DNA from: a virus
Virus record (IMG/VR): IMGVR_UViG_3300020200_000014
Span: 21,059-85,058 of that record
Reading direction: 5' to 3' (one strand)
Length of the DNA stretch: 64,000 nucleotides
Shown: piece after piece, positions 39,804 through 49,014 of the stretch
How positions within the stretch are numbered: position 1 is the first letter of the stretch
How the letters are laid out: each line of letters begins with the position of its first letter
Notes under the pieces: generated by a model
Databases searched by the model: none
The model's input: the letters and a program-made list of their open reading frames with translations, nothing else
Told to the model about the DNA's origin: nothing
Made by a program: the position numbers and the translations under genes

Positions 39804-40547
39804 ATGGCAACAAAAACAAGAGGCCAAAATCCAGTTATAGGTGATACAGTAACGCTGCAAATGTTTGTTTTTAATTCAAATAATTATGCAGAACTGGATT
39901 CAATTAACCAAATTCTAATTTATTGGTTAGACCCAAATGCACAAACAGAATTCAATCCAGATGGCAGAACGTTAATTGAAACTATACCTGGAAGCTCTGT
40001 CACCAATCCAGATACGGGAGAATATGAATTAGATTTATATTTAGACCCATTAGTTTATACTGAAACTGGCAGATATTTGGACGTTTGGGATGTTACATTT
40101 GAAAGCGGAGATGCATCCACCGAAATAGAACAATTATTTCAAATTTATCCAGATTTATGGTATACAACACCAATCCCGGTAGTCTACGATTTTAATTTCT
40201 ATTTCCAACCAAACAGAATAAGAAAAGGTAATAAAAAATACATTGAAATTCAGATAATTCCAAATGTCCCAACTGCTACTGATTTAGCTACTTACTACGA
40301 AAATTTAGCCATCGCATCACAACTTTTAGTGACGATCAAAAAAAGATGTGGAGATTGTGTGCCATGTGAAGAGGATTTGAATATAATAGTAGATGCCGAG
40401 CCAACAACTTACAAAGAAAAGAACAGAGCTTTTTATTTTTTTGACACAACTGATTATGACTGCGGGACTTACGACATTTACTTCGAATTGATCTTTGGTG
40501 AAAACACCTACGTATCTGATACCAACCAGATTCAGGTTTACGATTGA
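39804..40547 (+). CDS. Acidic beta-rich putative virion protein
   Basis: Ig-like motifs (G.Y.DVW, GTYDIYF); ATAAATA just upstream. Confidence 0.6.
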   Translation: MATKTRGQNPVIGDTVTLQMFVFNSNNYAELDSINQILIYWLDPNAQTEFNPDGRTLIETIPGSSVTNPDTGEYELDLYLDPLVYTETGRYLDVWDVTFESGDASTEIEQLFQIYPDLWYTTPIPVVYDFNFYFQPNRIRKGNKKYIEIQIIPNVPTATDLATYYENLAIASQLLVTIKKRCGDCVPCEEDLNIIVDAEPTTYKEKNRAFYFFDTTDYDCGTYDIYFELIFGENTYVSDTNQIQVYD

Positions 40548-40639
40548 AAATCAAAATTTTGAAATTTTCCTTTACAAAGCAAATTATCGCAATAGAATGT
40601 ACTGTTGTCCGAAAGATTAACCCATTGAAGGTAAAAAAA

Positions 40640-41827
40640 ATGAGTAAGCGTTCTCGTCAACGTAAGCGGCGTCAGATGGAATCAGTTGTAAGGCGAGCCA
40701 CTAATGCAGGGCTTTTAACTCCTAACACGCTGAGTGTAGCGGAAATTCTGGCAGAAAGGATGTCTGGCGGACATCTTCCCATCAAAGCTGCCTCTTTAGA
40801 CACATCTAACCTTCGAGAAGTGAAGGAATGGCCTGCTAATTGGCCATTGTGCCCCAAAGCATTCAATCCAGAAGAATGGCGACGTTCTTTGGAAGCTATG
40901 GAACACTACTGTCTTGCTGCCACTGAACCTGGAAAAACCAAGCCTTGGTTCCAATATCCTAAATTCACGCATCAATATTCCGAGCTTGTCTTTGTGACAC
41001 CGGAAATGGCCTTAGAACTTTTGGCTTATATGCCGGTTAACCGTACACTCAAGGAAAAGTGTGCCCAAGCATGTATGCGGGACATTCAGAATGAGCGTTG
41101 GATTCAAAGCCATGAATCGATTGCCATTAACACCCAAGGAAATATGCATGATGGTCAACATAGGGCTAAGGGTATTATTCTGGCTGGGCGTGGTTGGCCG
41201 ATGTACATGACTTGGAATGTTCCGCCAGAAGCGCTTTACATTACTGATTCTGGGGCACGGCGTAAGATTAATGAAAAGTTGGGTCTTCTCTATCCTGAAG
41301 AGAAGATTACCGCTAACAAGGCGGCTGTTTGCCGTGCCATGATGTGGGGTTTGAACCGCAACACTCAGTATTCTGAATCTGAAATTGCTGAGTTCTTTTT
41401 GAAATACCATGACGTTATCAATTGGATATCAAGCCGATTGAAGAACATTCGTGCTGATATTCAGGCAGTGCTTGCCAAGGCGATTCTTTGGTGGGGGGAG
41501 GCTGTCGTAGCTCCTTTCGTTGACAGATTTTGCGCAGTACAATTTACTGGAGAAGGCGACCCAGCCAAGGCTCTCTACCTATGGACTCAATCAGCCCGTA
41601 AGGAAGGAAAAAGAACCTACGCTAATCCATTAGTGTATTATAAGAAAACCCTTTCTGCTATTACGGCAGCAGCGGCTGGAAAAGAAGCTAAAAAGATTTA
41701 CCAGAAACAGGGTGACATTTTTGAGTGGGAACAGGGATGGAAGGTTCCCGACTCTGCTCCATGTAGCGGTAATGTTTGGTTGCCCAAGGTTGAAGAAACT
41801 CCTGAAGCTGGCCAAACGGTTAGCTAA
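40640..41827 (+). CDS. ParB/Srx-like DGQHR-motif protein
   Basis: VTPEMA.ELL...NR, HDGQHRA; start reassigned to ATG 40640; upstream TTTACA-16-TAGAAT; GC visibly higher than the flanks. Confidence 0.65.
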   Translation: MSKRSRQRKRRQMESVVRRATNAGLLTPNTLSVAEILAERMSGGHLPIKAASLDTSNLREVKEWPANWPLCPKAFNPEEWRRSLEAMEHYCLAATEPGKTKPWFQYPKFTHQYSELVFVTPEMALELLAYMPVNRTLKEKCAQACMRDIQNERWIQSHESIAINTQGNMHDGQHRAKGIILAGRGWPMYMTWNVPPEALYITDSGARRKINEKLGLLYPEEKITANKAAVCRAMMWGLNRNTQYSESEIAEFFLKYHDVINWISSRLKNIRADIQAVLAKAILWWGEAVVAPFVDRFCAVQFTGEGDPAKALYLWTQSARKEGKRTYANPLVYYKKTLSAITAAAAGKEAKKIYQKQGDIFEWEQGWKVPDSAPCSGNVWLPKVEETPEAGQTVS

Positions 41828-42071
41828 ATTTTGGAGATATAATGACAGGTCAAGAGATTTTGCAAAGATTTAAAAATAAGGAAATCTCTTTAGAAGAGGC
41901 TAGTGATTTAATCGAAAAGTTAAATCATGCTCGTAAATTTATATACAATGAAATATCCTGTTACGTTACCTTATGAATTATGGATGGAATTGTTGATGCC
42001 TGATAATTTAAACCGTTTAGTTCAATTTTTAGAAGAAAATAAAAACAATTTTTTCAAAAAGGATACAGAAG

Positions 42072-42605
42072 ATGGCACGGCAAACAAGAATTCAAACAAT
42101 TGTTAGCCAGTTGATGAATGGATGTGTTAAAAAGAAAACAAAACCTACAGAACAAGAAATAAAAGATTTCGAAAACAATTATAGAAATGAAATAGCATGG
42201 CTTAGAAAAAATGATATGATTCATTATAGTGCTGGAGTTATAGGGGCTATTGGCAAAGCATATCTTTGGTACGGCAAAGAAAAAATAGAGTCTTTCTTGA
42301 ACGCTCTTAAACATGGTGATTTTAGGGGTAAAGGTGATCCTGCACATGTTTTGTTTATATGGTTAAGTAATAGACAAAGATATGATACTAAATCTGCCTA
42401 TAGAATGACAGTAGCAGCTATTCGTGCTTATGTTGAAAATAAGACTTTGGTAAGAAAGACTAGAGCAGGACAAACAATAACACCAAGTTTACGTCCAGCT
42501 AGAACTGACATTTTCGAATGGAATGCAGATTATACAGAAATGCATCCAGAAAAGCCAAACCAATACATAAAGAGAAAATATGTCAGAAGTTTTCAAGTTT
42601 TGTAA
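42072..42605 (+). CDS. Paralog of the C-terminal part of 40640..41827
   Basis: F.G.GDPA..L..W and DIFEW shared. Confidence 0.65.
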   Translation: MARQTRIQTIVSQLMNGCVKKKTKPTEQEIKDFENNYRNEIAWLRKNDMIHYSAGVIGAIGKAYLWYGKEKIESFLNALKHGDFRGKGDPAHVLFIWLSNRQRYDTKSAYRMTVAAIRAYVENKTLVRKTRAGQTITPSLRPARTDIFEWNADYTEMHPEKPNQYIKRKYVRSFQVL

Positions 42606-43041
42606 AGGAGAATTATCGCTAGACGCATATAAATTAGACGTTATCGAAATTTCTCTGAATATATCAAAAGGAAAACCTGGCAAAAATATAAAAAACAAAT
42701 TGTTAAATGGTGAATATCAGGTATTAGGCCAATTAGACAACCTTTGCCAACCTAATAATTCTAAAATAAAAAAAGGCAGAATATGGAACTTGAAATTAAT
42801 TCACGAAAATAAGTTCTCTATTTTGCCTATTTTGTTTATTGAAATAACGGATATCAAAAACGAAAAACATCTTAGGAAATATACCTGGACCTTTTTAGCT
42901 GTAAACAAACCCCCCACAGACAATCTAGGACTATTACCTTTTGAGATTGGAGAAATATCACTAGAAGAACTAATTTTGGAACTTGGCGGAAGGTCATCCA
43001 GTAAAGTAATTTTTGATCAAGAAGGAGGATTCACACTATAA
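42580..43041 (+). CDS. Hypothetical protein
   Basis: ORF track. Confidence 0.55.
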   Translation: MSEVFKFCKGELSLDAYKLDVIEISLNISKGKPGKNIKNKLLNGEYQVLGQLDNLCQPNNSKIKKGRIWNLKLIHENKFSILPILFIEITDIKNEKHLRKYTWTFLAVNKPPTDNLGLLPFEIGEISLEELILELGGRSSSKVIFDQEGGFTL

Positions 43042-43048
43042 ATAAATA

Positions 43049-43342
43049 ATGGGATTTAAAGAATGGCTGAAGCAAGATGAGGCCAAAACATGGAGTAGCA
43101 AACTCAAAAAAGGGGCTTATTGGGCAGCGGATAAAGCACTTGCAGCAGCTTCGCCTTTATCCACATTAGCAGCGGCAGGAGCAGGAGGCTATCTAGGATA
43201 TAATTATGGAAGCACTTTGGATTTTCTACCTAACAAATTAGCCGCAGCAGCAGTTAGCGCTCCCTTATTAGGGGGTCTGACACATTACAGTTTAAAAGAT
43301 TTAAGGCATGCAATTCAACAAAAAATGGTTCATTTAAAATGA
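43049..43342 (+). CDS. Small Ala/Gly-rich hydrophobic protein with capsid-targeting N-terminus
   Basis: MGFKEWLKQDE; TATAAATA at 43037-43044. Confidence 0.6.
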   Translation: MGFKEWLKQDEAKTWSSKLKKGAYWAADKALAAASPLSTLAAAGAGGYLGYNYGSTLDFLPNKLAAAAVSAPLLGGLTHYSLKDLRHAIQQKMVHLK

Positions 43343-43707
43343 AAATTCAAATCGCTATTGCCATCAATGGTCTTGGTGATTGGTGGGCGTGGGGAGCATC
43401 TGGGTATTCTAATTACGATATGATGAATGAAGTCTCCGGTCAGGTTATAGAACCATATACCATAGACTTTATACAAGCAGATGTAGATGTTCCAAATCCA
43501 CGTAAATTTGATGGTTATGAAATCCAAAGAAAAAGAATAACAGAAGCTCTTTCCAAAGTAATTAAGAATGAAGCAATCGAAGACTGGTTAAATAAGGCCA
43601 ATAATGCTTTCGAAGGCCGAACACCTATTGAATTAATTGAAAGTGGCGAGATTGACAGGCTATGGCGTATGATTTATTTTCTTGAATCAGGCGAACCTTC
43701 AAATTGA
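43339..43707 (+). CDS. Protein with MbcA/ParS/Xre antitoxin C-terminal (DUF2384-like) domain
   Basis: WLNKANNAFEGRTPIELIESGEIDRL motif. Confidence 0.75.
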   Translation: MKIQIAIAINGLGDWWAWGASGYSNYDMMNEVSGQVIEPYTIDFIQADVDVPNPRKFDGYEIQRKRITEALSKVIKNEAIEDWLNKANNAFEGRTPIELIESGEIDRLWRMIYFLESGEPSN

Positions 43708-44153
43708 AGTCCATAAGCAGCTATACATAATGCATCAGCCATTCCATCGCTAGGAGTCCTGCATTTTTCTGGTATCAAATTCACTTCTGGGTATGTTTTT
43801 TGACAGAATTGAATAGCCGCTTCCTTATCCTTCTCGGTCCCTTCTAAAACTATCCCTTTCCATTTTTGGGGTATTACTTTCACATATTTTATCTTCAAAG
43901 CTGTCAAAACTCCTAGCAAGATACCATAACCCATTCCGAAATTAAACATAGAAGTAACACCTTGACCTGGCATAGCTCCTACTTGTTCAATATAAGCTTT
44001 CTTTATTTTAGATTCTTTTAGAAATTTGATAATAGAAAGAATGTCCAACTCTTTTTTGCCCTTTTTATTTATAAGAGTAGGCATTTTGATTACTTTAACT
44101 GCATCCGATATTATTGCTATACCGCCTTCTAACCCAGGATCAATGCCTATCAT
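43674..44153 (-). CDS. ruvC: Holliday junction resolvase
   Basis: IGIDPG, YIEQV, FNFG..YG, PQKWK, DGMADALCIA. Confidence 0.85.
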   Translation of the reverse strand: MIGIDPGLEGGIAIISDAVKVIKMPTLINKKGKKELDILSIIKFLKESKIKKAYIEQVGAMPGQGVTSMFNFGMGYGILLGVLTALKIKYVKVIPQKWKGIVLEGTEKDKEAAIQFCQKTYPEVNLIPEKCRTPSDGMADALCIAAYGLQFEGSPDSRK

Positions 44154-44165
44154 ATACTAATTGAG

Positions 44166-44987
44166 TTACATGACAAACATTTTACCTTCTAATGAATCGA
44201 AAATGGTATCTAAGTAATACTCATACTTCCCAGCATAACCTTTTACAATTTCATCCCATTCAGTTAATTCTTCACCTTTAAGTTTTGTATATTTTCTATC
44301 ATGTGCTGGATTTCCCCAAGCAAATCTTCTTCTTGTAATTAAGCTGGCCGGAATTGGGGCAAAGGTTATTTTTCCAGTTGTTATGTATTGAGCTACTAAT
44401 TCATAAGCTAATTCATTAAAATTACGTAAGTTCTCTTTTCTAGCTGACCTCATTGTTCCTAAAGCTAAAGCTAAAGGCCGCAATTTTGTATTTCTTTCAT
44501 AGATATCCGATCCTTTTTCGATACCATAAACTTGGTTTGCTAAGTCATAAAAATCTCTTGTTATTTCTTTAGCGAAATTGTCATTAAAAACATCAGTTCT
44601 TCTTATCGCATGTCCTAATCTATGAGCGATAATCCAGGCAGTCATTGGCACTTTTTGATCACCAACATTATTAGTGAATATTATTGTTATAGCATCTGGT
44701 TTTGGTTCTATATCAACTTTAAGATTTTCTTTAACCCATTGAGGAGAAACTTCACCTACTTCCACATGTTTATAAGCATCTTTTGATTTTATAAAATACA
44801 AATCAAAAGTATTTTTGGAATTTGACCATAATTTATGTATTTTTTCTACACCAGCAGGATTATTTAATATGCCAACATCTTGCTTAGTGTAGCCATATTT
44901 ACGTGGGTTAGCAGGATTCCAATCACCCTGCAAATCAAAAGTCCTGATTGGCATTTCATTCATGCCAATCCATTCTCTGAACGTCAT
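44166..44987 (-). CDS. Putative internal head protein
   Basis: MTFREWIGMNE; AHRLGH motif; ATAAATA just upstream. Confidence 0.6.
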   Translation of the reverse strand: MTFREWIGMNEMPIRTFDLQGDWNPANPRKYGYTKQDVGILNNPAGVEKIHKLWSNSKNTFDLYFIKSKDAYKHVEVGEVSPQWVKENLKVDIEPKPDAITIIFTNNVGDQKVPMTAWIIAHRLGHAIRRTDVFNDNFAKEITRDFYDLANQVYGIEKGSDIYERNTKLRPLALALGTMRSARKENLRNFNELAYELVAQYITTGKITFAPIPASLITRRRFAWGNPAHDRKYTKLKGEELTEWDEIVKGYAGKYEYYLDTIFDSLEGKMFVM

Positions 44988-45084
44988 ACCCTATTTATGC
45001 CCAAATTACTCATAATATTTATGTTGCTTAATGAATTATCATGAATAACCTAAACGATAAATTCACAGCATAGATAGATAGTAC

Positions 45085-45774
45085 ATGAAGACATTTACAG
45101 AATGGCTAAAACTACGTAAATATGGAGTTGATGCGGGAACATCGGACGCAATTGCCTTAGCTAAGAAATCACTTGGAATTTCCACTAACGAATGGTTTAT
45201 TTTTGAAAATTACGACGCATCACACGCACTAATTGTGGTGGATGTTCAAAATGATTTCGTGAATGGCTCTTTACCAGTCCCAGGGGCAAAAGAAATCATT
45301 CCGTATGTAAACAATTTAGCCAATAATATACGTAACAGCGGAGGAATTGTCGTATATACTGCGGACTTACATCCGGCCAATCACGTAAGTTTCAAAGGAC
45401 AAGGGGGACAATGGCCTTCGCACTGTGTTGTAAACACTTTCGGCTCACAATTTGTTCCAGACCTTGAAGTAAATGGACCTATTTTCGACAAAGCAACAGA
45501 GCCAGATAAAGATTCTTACTCTGGTTTTGGTGGCAAACTAAGATCACAAAAACCTACTACACTAGAAACCTACCTTAAAGAACACAATGTTACAAATGTC
45601 ATTGTATGCGGGTTAGCATTAGATTATTGCGTACTAGCAACCGCAACTGACTCAAAAAAACATGGTTTTAACACCACTGTTTATTTGCCTGGTAGCCGAG
45701 CAGTAAACAATAAAGAAATTGAAACCTTAATTGCCAAGATAAAACAACAAGGCATTAAAATTATTGCAACATAA
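45085..45774 (+). CDS. pncA: Nicotinamidase/pyrazinamidase with a capsid-targeting N-terminal extension
   Basis: VVDVQNDF..GSL.V, D.HP..H.SF, WPSHCV, K....DSYSGF, GLALDYCV. Confidence 0.9.
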   Translation: MKTFTEWLKLRKYGVDAGTSDAIALAKKSLGISTNEWFIFENYDASHALIVVDVQNDFVNGSLPVPGAKEIIPYVNNLANNIRNSGGIVVYTADLHPANHVSFKGQGGQWPSHCVVNTFGSQFVPDLEVNGPIFDKATEPDKDSYSGFGGKLRSQKPTTLETYLKEHNVTNVIVCGLALDYCVLATATDSKKHGFNTTVYLPGSRAVNNKEIETLIAKIKQQGIKIIAT

Positions 45775-46084
45775 ACTCGTGTGCGAATTGCTTGTTGAAG
45801 TGCTCTTTAACTTCTGTTGTTATAGATTTTGTGTATAAGTTCAAATCTACTGTTAGTGTCTTGCAATGTTTTTTAACCCACGGTGATAGAGCCGCATAGT
45901 ATCCAGACACTTTTCCAAGGGCTATCCAGCGTTCCATATCCCTGCTACTCATCATAATCTGTTCTTCTTTGGGCGTACCTTCAAACCGGCCTTCTAGAAA
46001 GGCTTTAGTTGTTACCAACTCCTTAACTATGTCTGCAAAAGGAGTTATGTCTAAGCCAACTTCCTCCTTAGAGGAATACGTCAT
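45761..46084 (-). CDS. Hypothetical protein, probably 5'-truncated at the IS junction
   Basis: Upstream of about 46075 the frame is antisense TnpB sequence. Confidence 0.4.
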   Translation of the reverse strand: MTYSSKEEVGLDITPFADIVKELVTTKAFLEGRFEGTPKEEQIMMSSRDMERWIALGKVSGYYAALSPWVKKHCKTLTVDLNLYTKSITTEVKEHFNKQFAHEFMLQ

Positions 46085-46835
46085 GCAACTGTGAGCCTCA
46101 ATCGTGCCGGTCAGTATTTTGTTGCTATTCTCGTTGAACGAGAAATTAAGCCACTCCACAAGGTTAAGAAGGAAGTTGGTATAGACCTTGGCATCTGTGC
46201 TTTAGCAACAACTTCTGCTGGCAAAGAGTATAAGAACATCCGTCCGTATCGTAGTTTGCAAAAAAGACTACGAGCATTAAACAAGAACCTGCATAGGAAG
46301 AAACTTGGTAGCAATAATCGTGAACGAGCCAGGAAGTTGCTTGCCAAGGTGCATATTAAGATTGCGAACATACGCAGCGACCATTTGCATAAAGTAAGTC
46401 GTCAGATAATTGACGAGAACCAAGTCATTTGTCTGGAGACGTTGAATGTAAGTGGCATGATGCGTAATCATTGTCTTGCTAAATCCATTGCCGATGTTAG
46501 TTTGTCTGAATTAGTCAGACAGATTGAGTATAAGGCGAATTGGTGTGGCAGGACGGTCATCAAAGTAGATAGATGGTTTCCATCCAGCAAGACTTGTTCA
46601 AAATGTGGTTTTGTCATGGACTCACTACCTCTTAAGATTAGAGAGTGGATTTGTCCGAAGTGCAAGGCAAAACATAACCGTGATAAGAACGCTGCTGTTA
46701 ACATCCTTAACGAAGGAAAAAGAACCGTAGGAACTACGGAGTTAGCGTATGGACTCAATGTAAGACCTAAGAGCATTCAAGGGCGGTTGAGGATGAAGTA
46801 CGAAGCCCCTACCCTTTAGGGTAGGGGTAGTTCAC
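46075..46835 (+). mobile_element. tnpB: Truncated IS200/IS605-family element (TnpB C-terminal half + right end)
   Basis: GIDLG, CLETL, PSSKTCS.CG, CPKC...H.RD.NAA.NI; hairpin cccctaccc-ttta-gggtagggg then TTCAC at 46831-46835. Confidence 0.9.
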
Positions 46836-47877
46836 CAGCTTCTTTTTGAGTATTAAAAGCAATAGCATCTTTTTTATTCTCAACCCAATCATAGTAGAGT
46901 CTTTCATTAGGTTTGCCCATCCATCTAACAGAATCGCTACCTTCGGCTACAATATACCATTTCTTATCTTTAGCAGCCATGAATCCGTCATAATATCCAC
47001 TATTGTAACGTTCTCCAAGTAAATCCAATTCCATTATCGATTTTCCTTCATCTTGATCTTCAACGCCTTGAGTATAACCAAGATGATAAATTTTCTTATA
47101 AATATTATCCTTTCTACCAGCATCGGGATCAGCTTCTTTCAAGTAAATGAACTCTTGTAATACTTCTTGCCTATAGCCTTCTTCTCCCATTATTTTCTTC
47201 ATTTCTTTACACCATTCAAGAGTATGTTCTGGATGTTCTGTGTGATCTGATTTAAATATATAAAAATTATTCTTTTTGTCTAGAGCATTTGTATATGTTT
47301 TATAAAACCAATTATTGTCTCTATTTGTTGTTGAAAGGACTATGCAATTACCACCACAACTTAAGACAGGAAACATACCTCTCCAATGACTTTCCATATC
47401 ATTATAAAAAGCTGCTTCGTCAATGAATAAATGGTTTAATGCTTGACCACATGTTGCTTGAGGCGTATAAGAAAACAATTTACAACTAGTTTCTATAAAT
47501 GTCTTTTGATGGTCATTATCTTTACTAAGTTTAGGTTTTATCCATTCAGGCAATTGATTTATAGCAAAATTCACAATCTTCATTAAACTGCAAGCTTCCC
47601 TATCAGTTTTAGAAATCATTACACAACTTTTATCTAATCCAAACATGCACTTCCAAAAGAGATAAAGAATTGTCGTTGTAGTAAAACCACCTTGTCTGAA
47701 TTTAGTGCCTATTACAAACCTATTATTTTCATAACATTCTATAAGTCTTTCTTGAAATGGATATAATTTTAGAGGAATAATTCCATGCTTTGGATGTAGA
47801 ATTTTGATGTAATTTTTAACGAAATAAGGGAAACTAAGTGCGCACTTTCTCAGTTCTTCGATTTGATTTATATTCAT
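46816..47877 (-). CDS. Terminase large subunit-like ATPase lacking the nuclease domain
   Basis: LYPFQ, KFRQGGFTT (Walker A), FIDEAAF (Walker B), LSTT; similarity ends at RQEVLQEF. Confidence 0.8.
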   Translation of the reverse strand: MNINQIEELRKCALSFPYFVKNYIKILHPKHGIIPLKLYPFQERLIECYENNRFVIGTKFRQGGFTTTTILYLFWKCMFGLDKSCVMISKTDREACSLMKIVNFAINQLPEWIKPKLSKDNDHQKTFIETSCKLFSYTPQATCGQALNHLFIDEAAFYNDMESHWRGMFPVLSCGGNCIVLSTTNRDNNWFYKTYTNALDKKNNFYIFKSDHTEHPEHTLEWCKEMKKIMGEEGYRQEVLQEFIYLKEADPDAGRKDNIYKKIYHLGYTQGVEDQDEGKSIMELDLLGERYNSGYYDGFMAAKDKKWYIVAEGSDSVRWMGKPNERLYYDWVENKKDAIAFNTQKEAGELPLP

Positions 47878-47943
47878 ATATGTCCTTTCTAGTTAAAGAT
47901 ATATAGCTAATAAAGAATAATACTAACAACAATAAATAAAGTT

Positions 47944-48570
47944 ATGAAGAGATTTTACGAATTTTACCATATAATCAAAGAAGCTAACGAATCACAAATT
48001 TGGGCTGTTGATTCATACGATTATGAAGGCAGGCATGTCACCGGAACAACTCTTTATCATGACAAAGGAGTTGCTGAGGCTCAAAAAAGTAATTGGACTA
48101 GAGTAAGACCAGTTAATGTAACGGGAAAATATCATCCTGGGCAACCTGTTTGGAAAATAATGCAATATGGATATGGAGACATGTTTGACAGAGGTAACGC
48201 AAGTTATTTTGCCGACAGAGAAGAAGCAGCAAGAGTTGGTGGCAAATGGGAGCAACCGCAGGAAACAAAAGTATTTAATTCCGCTGAAGAAGCAAAAAAA
48301 TTCCATGCAGGTGAAAATGAAAGATATAAAAACGATGAATTAAATAGAGTAGCAAAGGAAAAATCAGAATATCCAAATATAGTTAAAAAAATATTAGCAT
48401 CTTTTAAAGAAAAAGTGCAACAGGCTGAGCAAATCATGATTTCTTCAGATGGGACTACAAGCGAAGGTTATTCCGCTATTTGGAAGGCTTTAGATGAAGT
48501 TGAAAATAAAGCAAAAGGACTAAAAGAATGGTTGCGTAATGCCAGCTTCCATCATTTTAATCAACGCTAA
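47944..48570 (+). CDS. Putative internal head protein
   Basis: MKRFYEFYHIIKE; ATAAATA just upstream. Confidence 0.6.
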   Translation: MKRFYEFYHIIKEANESQIWAVDSYDYEGRHVTGTTLYHDKGVAEAQKSNWTRVRPVNVTGKYHPGQPVWKIMQYGYGDMFDRGNASYFADREEAARVGGKWEQPQETKVFNSAEEAKKFHAGENERYKNDELNRVAKEKSEYPNIVKKILASFKEKVQQAEQIMISSDGTTSEGYSAIWKALDEVENKAKGLKEWLRNASFHHFNQR

Positions 48571-49010
48571 CCATTTGGTGGTTGTTGAGGCATTTCAGGT
48601 GGCTGCTCTTGTCCTTGTGGCATTTGAGGCATCTTCTTTTCTTCAGCAGGTTCTTCCTTTTTCTTTCTGCCTAGGTTATTGACAGGAACACCTATTTTCT
48701 CTGATACACTTTCTAATTCATTTCTAACACTATTTAGAATTTCTCTTAAATCACCTTTTTCATCAATAGCTCGCATCAAAGCTACACCGCATTTCTGTAG
48801 CTTTTTAAGGTACTTGTATTCAGTCCTTGGCCAGCTATTATGTAAAACCTTACGTATTTCAATTACTATGGTTTCTACACTCTTAACAAGTTGACGTGTG
48901 CCTACTTGTTTCCCAGCTGCGATAAGTTCATGTACGGATGTAAGAATATCTCCTACTCTATGGCCTAAGTATTCTCTTGATTCTGTAATTAAATATTGCT
49001 TAAAATTCAT
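48567..49010 (-). CDS. Putative internal head protein
   Basis: MNFKQYLITE; Pro/Gln-rich tail. Confidence 0.6.
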   Translation of the reverse strand: MNFKQYLITESREYLGHRVGDILTSVHELIAAGKQVGTRQLVKSVETIVIEIRKVLHNSWPRTEYKYLKKLQKCGVALMRAIDEKGDLREILNSVRNELESVSEKIGVPVNNLGRKKKEEPAEEKKMPQMPQGQEQPPEMPQQPPNG

Positions 49011-49014
49011 GTTA

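Noticed and set aside
40640-41827. Dnd phosphorothioation system (DndB-like DGQHR)
   Set aside because: No dndACDE genes in the window
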